A stretch of 62,965 nucleotides of DNA, counting the filler, from Reticulomyxa filosa (Eukaryota > Protista > Foraminifera), in the NCBI GenBank assembly GCA_000512085.1. It is 14 parts of 14 records of this genome, joined end to end, with 100 filler letters (N's around TTAATTAATTAA, not from the genome) between each part and the next. Parts side by side here need not be neighbours in the genome. Positions count along the whole stretch, not along the records: positions 52,608 to 58,058 come from ASPP01006359.1; positions 58,159 to 59,508 come from ASPP01020085.1; positions 59,609 to 61,431 come from ASPP01047361.1; positions 61,532 to 62,965 come from ASPP01015547.1; 10 more parts are not named here. One strand, given 5' to 3'. Numbering within the stretch: position 1 is the stretch's first letter; every line of letters starts with the position of its first letter. Position numbers and translations under genes: made by a program. Below the pieces are notes generated by a model. That model searched no databases. It was not told the origin of the DNA and was given only the letters and a program-made list of their open reading frames with translations. Below, piece after piece: positions 52,508 to 62,965 of this stretch.

Positions 52508-53619
52508 NNNNNNNNNNNNNNNNNNNNNNNNNNNNNNNNNNNNNNNNNNNNTTAATTAATTAANNNNNNNNNNNNNNNNNNNNNNNNNNNNNNNNNNNNN
52601 NNNNNNNAAAAAAAAATTTAATATTTAAAAACTACAAGATTAGTATATATTTTTTAAAAAAACATTATGTTTAAATCTTTATTTTTCATGGAGAAAATCA
52701 ATTCTCTTCATATAGTGCCATTTTGGTATAGTTTTTTTTGCAATCTAATGTAGTTAATATTTTGATGTTTAGTTTTGTATCCCCGCTCAGAAGTAACAAT
52801 AAAAACTTCTTATTACATTTCATTGTCAATGAAATAATTACATGAAAATAACATATTGTTCATTGTTTGATTTAGGACGATTGCATGAAATTTGTTATAT
52901 CGCATACGCAAATATTTTCTCATGTATGTACGTTGTGACAACGCACTAACGATGAAATTGTCAGTATGTGTCAAATAGTCGCATAATACTGAAAGTGACA
53001 GTGATCTTCAATGTTTTGAATTGCTTTCAACAATTGATCAATTATTTAAAACTTACACGTCATATAATGTTAATTGTCGCCAAGTGAATATAGTCAATTG
53101 TGCTTTGATTTGATTTGCCACAACTACTTGTAGCATCAACATAATAATAATATATATCTTTGATCATTGTTCAACTTTTAGCAATCGCAGTCCCCGTGCA
53201 ATGACATATCAACATCGGATGCAATTTCGATGAGACACTGAAGGGTTGATAATAGTTGTATTGTTGTTGTAATTTTAGTATTGGAAAAAAGCGTAACGGA
53301 AAGCACTTGCGTAAGATATTGACTAACTGAATCCGAAACGTGATTTTGAAGTTTTCAATGTTTCTGGTACAATAATTATTGAAGAAATTTCATCTAGCCA
53401 AGAAAAAGTTTTAAATGTTGATACATATCATTTTCAATGTGTTATTTCGATGCTAGTTTGCGGTTCCGAGTTGGATTACAGTCTTAATAATTCTAGGGAA
53501 ACTAATTTGACAATGAAATTGTTCTCATCTTCAATGGGATTTTAATGCATAAATCTTCTACGAAGCAAATTTAAAAACCTTTTGAATAGTAATCAATAAA
53601 AGGCAAACTGGAGTGTTAG

Positions 53620-55635
53620 ATGGGCTCTCATTCTACAAAACCGAAAGACGAGAAATTAGATAGTGTAAAAAAGCCAGACAAGTTTTTGTTTCAGTCGAAG
53701 CATTTTCACTACCTTTACAGCAACAGGAATTGCATTTATCGAGCAGAACAACTGGAGATAAGCCCAAAAGAGGATGAGTTGATACAACAACTGACGGAAA
53801 GCTCTCAACATAAAATCGATCACAAAAATGAGAACAACGTATCAGCAAGCACAGACGAGAACTTTGCGACGAGTCAGCTCAAGAAGATCGTAAGTTCCAA
53901 GCCTATAAAAATTATTTTGGATACCGACATTGGCACAGACATCGACGATGTACTGACGTTATTGACATTGCTGCACATGTCTACTTCTGGTTGAAATATA
54001 CAACTGATTTTTTTGTTACAAGGAATATTTTAGAAAATATTGGACCCTTTTCTCTTTCAATATAAACTGTATATAGAGGTTATTTGCGTTGGTATAACAA
54101 CCAATTATCACCCAACATTGTTGCGTAAATATGTTGCAGAAAGCATATTGAAGGCATTTGGAAAAGATAACGGCCAGGAAATGTGTGATTATGTGAGTCA
54201 AATTCCAGTATACGCTGGCAGTAGTTTTGTATGTGGGACTCATCGAGAGTATTTTCATGCAGGAAATGAAGGCTTGGGCTTACGTTTAAGTAAACAAGAA
54301 ATGGAAAAGCTATGGGCAATATCCGATGACCAACAAGCAGAGAATTGTGTCGATTTCATTTACAATACCTGCGCCAAATATCCAAAGCAAGTCACTATTG
54401 TGAGCATTGGTATGGAGTTGTTTTGTTGCTTCTCTCATTTTTCAAAGAACGGATTCATCCAGTGAAACATATTTGGCAAAAAAAAAAAAAATGCATGTTA
54501 TGTTTGGTTGCATTAAAAAGGAATTCCAACGAATTTGGGATTGACAATTGCAAAATATGGAGAAAAATTTGAAGAAATTTGTGGTCACATTGTGGTAATG
54601 GGAGGTGGCAACATTGTCACCAATATAGCCAAACAGAAAGCAGCAATCGGTACATGGTCAGATGACCCGAAAGAGTGGAAAGATAAATCCACGAATCATG
54701 CTCCAAAAGATGAACACAAATATGAGTTACCAAAAGATGAGCCAAGTGGATTGAAATGGTGCGAGGATGTTATTGATATGCAGGTAAAGATACACAACGT
54801 AAAAAAATAACCAAAAAAAAAATGCATAAATACATTTTATTTGGAATGAAAATAAGACAAAAGAAGGAAAATCTGAAAAAGAAGGAATACAAGTCAAGCC
54901 ATTGCATTTATTTCCGAATCACAATATTTCTGGTGACACGTTGGCATCAAAGCTGTTATTTGATACACGCAAATGCCCGATATCACTTATTCCACATTAC
55001 ATTACAAGACAACACTGGCTGAAAGGAAAAGCCATTGAAACGTTATTGCATTTGTCGATCAAAAGCGATGAGTTGTTCAATCAAAACGAAAAAAATCGAG
55101 ATATATGGGCGGAAGGGGAAACTGGAATTTCTGGGTGTTTGTTACGAGAATGGTTTCGCGTTTCGTTATAAGCAAACTGATCTTTTTTTGTGTTGATTGT
55201 TTTTCCTTGTTATCAATTATACATTCAACAAATTATAAAGATCCGCTCTGGCCAACGAGGACAATGTTTGCACGATCCATTAACTCTTTATGAGGCCGTG
55301 TATCCAATTAAAGGTCTAAGTTATCAAAGAAAGAACAAGAAAAAGATACCAACACAGTGATTCATGAAAATGATGAAAAAAAATTGATTGAAGTTGAAAA
55401 TGAAAATGAAGGCAAGATATTTGAAGAAGGGCAGCCATCTCTTCGTTATATTTCTGGCACATTTGTTTGTCATGAATGGGCTGCTTTTTTAACTTTTATT
55501 CCTGATTGCAACGGATCACATCGTTTGGCTGTTCATGCCATAGATCCCAACAATTTTGTGAAGTGGTGCGGTCAAATGTTGATCAAAAATGTTTCAGAAT
55601 CAAATGTGGTTAGTGACGCAGGACCAATTAAATAA
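53620..55635 (+). CDS. Inosine/uridine-preferring nucleoside hydrolase family protein, about five exons
   Basis: Asp cluster 'IILDTDIGTDIDD', plus 'IPVYAG', 'TIVSIG/IPTNL', 'IVVMGG', 'NHNISGD' and 'LHDPLTL'. GT-AG introns. Confidence 0.88.
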
Positions 55636-55911
55636 TTGGACAAGAAATATGTAAAGTTTTTATTGATGGAAGGCTGAGGGGTTTGACATGAATTTTGTAG
55701 CAGTCAGATGAAAAGCAAAAAATTTTCCTTTTGTTGAGATTACATTTTTTGCCTCTGTTAAGGTGTAACGTTCATGTTTGCAAATTATTAAAACTGTCCA
55801 TTTTCCATTGTTACCAATAAAAATGAAACAACCAAATTAAAATCTGCTAAAGTATCAAAATAGAAATATTGAAGTGCAAGCCTTTTCTCTACACTTCCTG
55901 ATCACTCAGCC

Positions 55912-58000
55912 CTAATTCTGATACGAAATAAATAACCCCTGCATGTTTTGATTTGTTGGCTGGTTTTCAAATATTTTGCTAATATTTTCACAGATCTTTG
56001 CTTGAGGTGGAATAATGTATAATTTGAATTTGTTAGTTTGTTTCATGTCAATAACGCCACATCTTTCTTTACTTTGCAAATCCGTTATTATGGTGCTAAG
56101 ATCACTGTCATGGCCTAGCATCTCCATCAGCAAAAGTTTTTTCCTTTTGCTTGTTGAATAAAATACTGGTTTTCACACATCAACAGCCACAATAAGAAGA
56201 GTACAAAAAAAAAAAAAAAAGAAAAAATGCAAAACTTGGAATTGATTCATTGAATTTTTTATATTGGATAGTTCCATTGAAATTCAAAACTTGAGGCAAA
56301 CAGTGGACCCAATCATTGTCATCAGAGTTTTTGCTGTTATCATCAATAGAGCCAATTTTCTTTATCATAATTTTTGCTTGGATAGATTTGACTTTAGTAG
56401 AGTAGTTTAATACTCCATTCCACTCCGCTGTTAAGTGATTGAATAATTGTAAACGTGAAGGATGAATTGACGATATGTCTTTGATTTCATTCGACGTACC
56501 TTCAGGTTTACGTTTCTTGTCTTGACGTGGATTATTTTCAATATTTTGTTTGTGTTTGTGTTTATGTTGTTTTTGAATTTTTTTCGCTTTTTTTGAATGT
56601 GTTGTTGTTTTGACAAATTTTTCTTTTTTTAATTTGGGTGGCCTTTCGAATGTGCATACATCATTCTCTGATGTGGCGGATGAAAATGTCTCTATGTGAT
56701 TGACCTCGTGCAACAGCAAAATGTCATCTTCGTCCTCATCAGATGAAGTCTTAGAGATAACTATTATATGATCGTCCTCCTTTTCAAACTGTGTTGGATT
56801 ATTGTCCTGACAAACTGTAGGGAAACTACTCCGTGCATTGTTGCTATGAATTTGTAATGATTTGTTGTCTAAATATTCGTCAGTGAATTTTTTGTTATGA
56901 ACGATTTCGCAATGGTTTTGATCCTCCTATTACATGTATTTTTGTTTCGTTTGTATTTTGTTTGATCCACACGATAATGTGAGCTGAACTTGATGATTGA
57001 TTAGACGCGACAAAGGGGTGCTATTATCAATGACAGGATTTTGAGAATATTTATTGGACTCTGATAATGCTGTTTGTTTCAATGTCAATATTTCATTTTT
57101 GTGACCATTTGAATGATAAAGATCCGAGTGTTGAATGGCATCATTCGTTTTATTATCTACAGACGAAAGGGCTGTCGTCACATTTGAAGAGAGGAGACTG
57201 GAAGTGTTAGGATGATGATTATTGATATTAATGTTTGTGCTAACACTATTGGGATTGTTTCCGAAAGTGTCGTTTGAAACAATAATGCCATGAGCATCCA
57301 AATCTCCAGAAATGGTAACATGATGTTGGTCCGTCTCAAGTTGTTTCCGCTCGACAACATCTCCTTGATCACTCAAAGTGACTTGTGAAAAATCTTTGTA
57401 ACTGATGTCACCAAACACAGGTTTTGACTCCAACGTATGCATTTGTTCACTTTCTTTGTCTCTCTTCTTTCTTTCTTCGTGCAATTCCTTTGGCGCTAAT
57501 TCTTCGTGACTCATTTGCGATAGCGTTTCCAGCTTTGTCAAAATAAACATTGAACAAATGTGTATATAAGAACATTGTGAAACATTTCAATGCAAGTATT
57601 AGCTGGACAATTAACTGTTAAAATTTTGTTTTTCACATCTTGAAGCAACACTGCATTTTTATCCAGATTGAATAGTATATCTCTTGACTTGTCTTTGTAT
57701 GCGTCATTTACATCGTTGCATACACGAAACACCAGTTCTTCCAATTTTTTCCCTCTCGTTTCATTTTCGAGAAGTTTGCCGAATTTCAATGCAATTGTTC
57801 GTCTTGTTTCTGCCATCCTTTGTTTATTTGCTCCTTTGTTTCTTTGCATTATTTAAAAAAAAAAAAAAAAAGCAAAGTAAGTACATACAATTCACGGGCT
57901 TTCTCCTCTTCTTTTTTCTTTTGTTCCTCTAATTTTCTTTGTTCCTCTTTTATTTTTTCTTCGCGCTTTTTTTCTTCCTCTTGCTTTCGTTGTTGTCGTC
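55912..58000 (-). CDS. TFIIS central domain plus SPOC-like domain protein (PHF3/DIDO/Bye1-like), 5' end truncated
   Basis: TFIIS-M-like 'LEELVF...YKDKSRDILFNL...LSQMSHEELAPKEL'. SPOC-like 'WNGVL...LPQVLNFNGTI' and 'LQSKERCGVI...LYIIPP'. Confidence 0.75.
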
Positions 58001-58158
58001 TAAATTATTGTATACACATAAATGCATACACACACATACAATACATTTATACGCGCAGNNNNNNNNNNNNNNNNNNNNNNNNNNNNNNNNNNNNNNNNNN
58101 NNTTAATTAATTAANNNNNNNNNNNNNNNNNNNNNNNNNNNNNNNNNNNNNNNNNNNN

Positions 58159-59508
58159 GTTGTTCTGGTTGTTCTGGTTGTTCTGATTGTTCTGATTGTT
58201 CTAATTGTTTGGATTGTTCTGACTGTTCTGGTTGTTCTCTTGCTTCTTGTTGTTTTTGTTGTTCTTGCTGCTCTTGTTGTTCTTGTGTGCTTTTTTCCTT
58301 CTGTGGATCATCGGTTTTATCTTGTAACTGCTCTACACTTTGTTCTTTTTCATTTTCGAATATTTTTTCCTCCTTTGGCTGTTCTACAATGGACTTTTGC
58401 GTTTCTTCCTTTGCAATGTCTTTGTTGGGCACATTTTCGATATTATCGTTTGTAACATTCGGCTGTGACTCTTCTTCTTTGACAACAGTATTTTCGGAAT
58501 CTATTTTGGATTCTTCAAAAGATGAATTTTGGGCTTGATATCGGCTTTTGCCACCTCCTCCCCGATTTCTTCCTCGAACTACTTCTCGGAGCTGTCCTCG
58601 GCCTCTACTTATGCCTCCACCTCGGTTTCCACTGGCGGTTGGTTCGACACGATTTTGACTTCGTCCTCGAGAAGAAGGAAGTAAACGTCCTCTTGTTACA
58701 CTGGCGTTGCTTTGTTTTTGTGGTACTACTGGAGCTGTCTCTTGTACTGTTGGCTCCTCTACTGTCGAACTTGTGTCGTTATTTGTAGGTTCGGGTTTTG
58801 GTTCTTCTGATTGTCGTGACAACCCGACACGAGGAAGGCTTCGTGGAATGCCACGAGTTCCACGACCTCTACGAGCTACAGGATCACGTGGTGCGATTTG
58901 TCCTCTTCTTATTCCTCTGCCACGACCACGTGTTGCTGAGACAGAGGATGTACTCTGCCACATTCAATCATATCACTCATTCATGTTTTTTCTTTTTTAT
59001 GTTGCTCCTTCACCTCATTTGTCTGCTTTTCGTTGCAAATACACAAACACAATTAATACCTGTGTGGTATCGTCTTGGACAGGCAACTCGGAATTGGTTT
59101 GCACATCCGGAGCGAATAGGCTTTCGGATTGTTGCGACGTAGATGGATCGTTCTCAACAAAGTCTTGATTCTTATCAAATACGTTTTCGATTTGTGGCTG
59201 TGGTATTTCGTTGTCTTTATTGGCCTCGTGTTTTTCACTTGTTTCGGTTGGCGATAATTTATCGACATGTTGAATGCAACTTTCCCAAAAAGATGTTTCC
59301 ACTTCCATGTCTTTGTTTAATTGTGGTATTTGATCTTGTTGTTTTGTATTTAATTCCTGTTCTTGTTCTCTCTTTGGTTCTGTTGGTTCTATTGATTCTA
59401 TTACTGGCTGTGATTCATTTTGTTGCGTATGGATTTGTTTCTCGGTTTCTAGTTGTTCTTGTTTTTGTCCTTGCTCTTGCTCTTGCTCTTGCTCTTGCTC
59501 TTGCTCTT
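58159..59508 (-). CDS. Low-complexity protein fragment with RG/RGG boxes and EQ-rich repeats
   Basis: 'RGRGRGIRRG' and 'RGRNRGGGG' motifs. 9-nt repeats encode EQS/EQP/EQQ (58160-58285), and (CAAGAG)n lies at about 59468-59508. Intron at about 58965-59060. Confidence 0.55.
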
Positions 59509-59608
59509 NNNNNNNNNNNNNNNNNNNNNNNNNNNNNNNNNNNNNNNNNNNNTTAATTAATTAANNNNNNNNNNNNNNNNNNNNNNNNNNNNNNNNNNNN
59601 NNNNNNNN

Positions 59609-59646
<38 letters not shown>

Positions 59647-59650
59647 TAGC

Positions 59651-60451
59651 TTGCTTCGCAAATGGAAAATATTCAATCCATGGCCTAATACAGACCAGTT
59701 TCAAACCACGCTGTCTTTGTCGATTCCAAAAGAGTGGGAGCGCGCGGGATTTCGAATAAAATTGTTAGAGAAAATAGCAGGATACGAATTCCGCTATCCA
59801 TTGATATTGTTTTCTATTGTTACCAAGTGTGTTCCTCAACTCCAAAAAAATTATGAATGCATTTCATTTGAACGCTTGGAAATACTCGGCGATGCAGTAT
59901 TGGATTTGGCTATAATTTGGTTCGTGTTTACAAAGATCCGCAATAACAATCTTGCTCCCAACGGTAATAAACTTTTTTTTTTTTTTTGTCTCCTTGCTTC
60001 GTCAGTTATTCTTTTTATTATGTGTACATATATATTTATATATACATATACATATATGCATATGTACATATACATACAAGATGATTCCGTTGCGCATTCG
60101 TGGCAAATGTTCAAAAAAGGCCCAGCAAGCTTTATGACCTTGCTTCGAGATGCATGGCTGTGTAACAAAACATTACATGAAAGAGCTTCCAAGAAACGCA
60201 CAGTCATTTTGGATCAATCCAAATACTATGTGTGTCTTTCAGATTGCATTTTGAAAAATGAAGGCTACCATTCAAAAAAGTACATTGCAGATACCTTTGA
60301 AGCTCTTGTTGGTGCTATTTTCTTAGACGAAAATTATGACAGAATTCATGCTAAATCCGAGCATCAGTGGACAATGAAGCACACCTTAAATTTTATTCAA
60401 ACACACTTAGGATGGGCAGAATTGAAACAATCTTCCATAGGACTCACATAG
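59651..60451 (+). CDS. C-terminal RNase III domain (Dicer/Drosha-like or RNase III-like protein), 5' end truncated
   Basis: Signature 'ERLEILGDAVLDL' and 'ADTFEALVGAIFLD' with acidic catalytic residues present. In-frame intron at about 59964-60080. Confidence 0.85.
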   Translation: MLRKWKIFNPWPNTDQFQTTLSLSIPKEWERAGFRIKLLEKIAGYEFRYPLILFSIVTKCVPQLQKNYECISFERLEILGDAVLDLAIIWFVFTKIRNNNLAPNGNKLFFFFCLLASSVILFIMCTYIFIYTYTYMHMYIYIQDDSVAHSWQMFKKGPASFMTLLRDAWLCNKTLHERASKKRTVILDQSKYYVCLSDCILKNEGYHSKKYIADTFEALVGAIFLDENYDRIHAKSEHQWTMKHTLNFIQTHLGWAELKQSSIGLT

Positions 60452-61281
60452 ATTGAAAGCCATTCTCTTCCTATGCTTATTTATCTTTAATTTTTTATTT
60501 ATTTTTCAAGTTTTTCTAACTCCAACTTCGGCTCTTTCATTGATTTTTTCTTTTCTTTTGAAATGTTTTGCCATATTTTTGTTTGCCCAATTAGACATTT
60601 TTTGTTCCATCTCGTTGAGTCTGCGTATGCTGAGCACTAAAACATCAAACTTGTGCTTACATCAACAATTGCATTCATTTTTGAAACGCACAACACTGTT
60701 CCAAGAACATACTTTTTGATTTTGTTTGGATGCACTTTTGTGCAGATTTTTTTCATCACCAAAAATCAATGAGGAAGAGGGTATCTAAACAAGTTATCAT
60801 AAAGTGACAGCCAATATGATCTCAGAATAATATATTAACAGTTTAAATTATGTAAAAAATAAAGTATTTGAAAAGACTTAATTACTAATTATCTTATTTG
60901 TTATGCCAATTGTTCCAACGTGTTTTTATCTTTGTTCTTATATAGCAACACATCAATAAAGGATTTGCTGTACCATTATTCTGCCATGCAAAAAATCTTA
61001 TCATAAAACTAAAAATCAATTTTTGAAAGATAAAACAAATTTGAAAATAATGAATAGTTTGTAAAATTTTAAAAAGAAGTGTCATGAATTTAAATAAAAA
61101 CAGTACATATACTTGTGGTTCAATTGACTAGCTTACTTTTTACATTCGGATAGGTTTAAAAAAAAAAAAAGAATGTGAAAAAAACCAAAAAATAAAAAAT
61201 TGGTCATATATCTTACCACATAGCGTCAAATGCAATGTTTGTGAAATATAATCGACAAATGAAAATTAGGCTCGACGCCGC

Positions 61282-61431
61282 ATGGTTCGAATTGATAAAG
61301 ATGTAGCATCACACTTGGATCTGCGCGGGAGTGAGGAAAAACTGCAAAAGTTTGAAATCAAAACAACAGCTGAGTTGTTGAAAAATACAGGAATTTTGGA
61401 AGGATCGAAACTTGTGGCCATCTATGAACCT
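61282..61431 (+). CDS. Start of a hypothetical protein, truncated
   Basis: ATG-initiated 50-codon open frame running into the spacer. Confidence 0.3.
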
Positions 61432-61531
61432 NNNNNNNNNNNNNNNNNNNNNNNNNNNNNNNNNNNNNNNNNNNNTTAATTAATTAANNNNNNNNNNNNN
61501 NNNNNNNNNNNNNNNNNNNNNNNNNNNNNNN

Positions 61532-61720
61532 CTACGGAATATCCCCTTCCTGCTAAATCAACTACAAAGTGCTTATTGCAGTTTTTGCATAAAAACCTTT
61601 GTTTACCTCTTGTTAAACCATGCCTGACATATCTTTCTGAATTACAAAACCTGCAATGCATTATCACTCCATACTAGTTGCTCCTCTAATATAACATGTA
61701 TCTAAATATTAGCAATCCCG
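61532..61720 (-). mobile_element. IS1-family-like element, left part with InsA-type zinc ribbon (CDS 61667 to contig edge)
   Basis: 'CRFCNSERYVRHGLTRGKQRFLCKNCNKHF' (CxxC...G...GKQRxxCxxC). Purine-rich GAGGAG/GGAG lies upstream. The element end is approximate. Confidence 0.75.
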
Positions 61721-61814
61721 ATTTTTGATATATTCTCTTTTGGCTTATCAATAATGCCTTTTTTTCGTTGCTTATTATATCGATTCTTCATATCACTATT
61801 ACTATTAAGTTATA

Positions 61815-62591
61815 TTATTTCAAACCAGTTAAAGTAATAATTTCAAAGGTAGCTTTTAAATTAAATTTTTCTTTATACATCTCTTCTAATGTAGAAAAAT
61901 AGCTCTTTGGAAAAATTTGCTTTGGACGTTCAATCAAGCAATTTCCTTGTCCCATTCCTTTAATATCTAACAAAAGTTTTTTCAATGAAGAGTAATTCAC
62001 ACAAATATCATATGAGTCTGAGATTACATTTTTAAATCCAGCTCTTTGCAATATTCTCGCTGCATCTTTTATATCAATTAATGGGATTAAATGAGGTAAT
62101 ATACCTTTAAAAAACTTCTCATCACAACTCATGAATACTTCTTTTAATTCCTTTAATGTATTAGGTCCAAAACAACACGCAATGAATATTCCTTTTGACC
62201 TTAAAGATCTGTAATATTGAACCAGAGTACCTACTAAATCATTGATAAAATGTAATGATAATGATGAAATTATCAAATCAAATGCACCCTCATTGAAGGG
62301 AATCAGTTCTTCATCATAAGCTATTTGATTTAACTTAACTTTATCCAAAGAAAATAACTCCTCAATTGGTTGCCCTCTCGTAATATCAGATTTCATATAA
62401 CTTAATCGCTCAAGATCAAAAAAGCCATAAATCAATGTTTTTACAAATCCCTGATCAATTTCTTTAATTCTTTCAGAAATATCTTCAGAAACTTCATTTA
62501 TTATGAAATTGTGATTATAATATATTTTAATGGCCTTTAAAAGGTTTTTCTTGTAAATGCTTTTATCAAAGATAATAGAAACTTTAATCAT
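61815..62591 (-). CDS. Bacterial SAM-dependent methyltransferase (NDUFAF5/BioC-like alphaproteobacterial family)
   Basis: Intronless 258 aa with 'DEELIPFNEGAFDLIISSLSLHFINDL', 'FGPNTLKELK', 'LQRAGF', 'DIKGMG' and 'ATFEIITLTG'. Confidence 0.85.
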   Translation of the reverse strand: MIKVSIIFDKSIYKKNLLKAIKIYYNHNFIINEVSEDISERIKEIDQGFVKTLIYGFFDLERLSYMKSDITRGQPIEELFSLDKVKLNQIAYDEELIPFNEGAFDLIISSLSLHFINDLVGTLVQYYRSLRSKGIFIACCFGPNTLKELKEVFMSCDEKFFKGILPHLIPLIDIKDAARILQRAGFKNVISDSYDICVNYSSLKKLLLDIKGMGQGNCLIERPKQIFPKSYFSTLEEMYKEKFNLKATFEIITLTGLK

Positions 62592-62597
62592 TATAAT

Positions 62598-62810
62598 ATG
62601 AGCTTTAAAAATTATTTATATTGGCTAATTTTTTCTCCCCGATGCATTATATGTAAAAAGGAAGTTTTTAAAGATAATAATGTATGTGCTTGCTGTTGGT
62701 CAAAGCTTTCTTTCATATCAGAGCTTTGCTGTAATAAATGCGGCAAACCTTTAATTCAAGAAGCCTTAAAAGAAATACCTTGCCCCTGCAAGAATAAATT
62801 TACTTATTAG
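62598..62810 (+). pseudogene. comF: ComF-family N-terminal double zinc ribbon, truncated
   Basis: 'IFSPRCIICK...VCACCWSKLSFI...CNKCGKP' is present, divergent from the methyltransferase as commonly seen in Alphaproteobacteria. It stops after 70 aa with no phosphoribosyltransferase domain. Confidence 0.7.
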
Positions 62811-62965
62811 ACTTCTTTCGAAACTAAAAGAAATAGATTAAAAAGTATTTAGTAACTAATATAGGAAGTTATGAAATACGAAGCTATCAAAGGGTTAAAT
62901 TCAGACCAATTTCGCCGTTTAACCGGTGTAAAGAAAGAAACATTCGAGAAGATTATTAATATATT
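62809..62965 (+). mobile_element. IS5-family (ISL2-like) element, left end and transposase start at 62871
   Basis: AGGAAG RBS, then 'MKYEAIKGLNSDQFRRLTGVKKETFEKIINI'. The 'FRRLTGV...TF' motif marks the HTH of DDE transposases. Putative terminus AGACTTCTTTCGAAACT. Confidence 0.75.

Noticed and set aside
61282-61431. 'LVAIYEP' as the triosephosphate isomerase AYEP motif
   Set aside because: It is too close to the N-terminus and the surrounding sequence does not resemble TPI.
5961-61531. Recurring TTAATTAATTAA palindrome as a biological repeat or CRISPR-like array
   Set aside because: It is always centred in exactly 44+44 Ns, so it is a synthetic six-frame-stop linker.
1-62965. tRNA, rRNA or CRISPR loci
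   Set aside because: None was recognised by eye. A covariance-model scan (tRNAscan-SE, Infernal/Rfam) would be needed to exclude small ncRNAs.

Overview
This window is not contiguous DNA. It is 14 short assembly contigs joined by 13 artificial 100-bp spacers (N44-TTAATTAATTAA-N44), so adjacency across a spacer carries no biological meaning. Contigs 1-13 (1..61431) are from an AT-rich, intron-containing protist nuclear genome using the standard code. Introns are rich in (TA)n and poly-T/poly-A. The degenerate-RING/TRAF-zinc-finger/WD40 family resembles the foraminiferan Reticulomyxa filosa; that identity is my inference. Recognisable eukaryotic genes: MMPL/RND-type transporter, RPEL plus CAP-Gly protein, a giant (>2,700 aa) nearly intronless protein apparently built from many LOTUS/OST-HTH-like repeats, 7TM receptor, CTD small phosphatase, NEURL4-type ADP-ribosyltransferase-fold protein, PPR-like protein, SET-domain protein, large coiled-coil protein, PARG, PT-repeat/REJ-like protein, two TRAF7-like genes, nucleoside hydrolase, TFIIS-M/SPOC protein and an RNase III domain. 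A decayed non-LTR retrotransposon is also present. Contig 14 (61532..62965) is bacterial and looks like an AT-rich alphaproteobacterium, possibly an endosymbiont. It carries an IS1-like transposase start, a SAM methyltransferase, and a comF-like gene apparently cut by an IS5-like element. Single-base frameshifts are frequent across the eukaryotic genes and are most likely homopolymer sequencing errors. All domain calls are from motif recognition by eye, without database searches, and exon boundaries are approximate.
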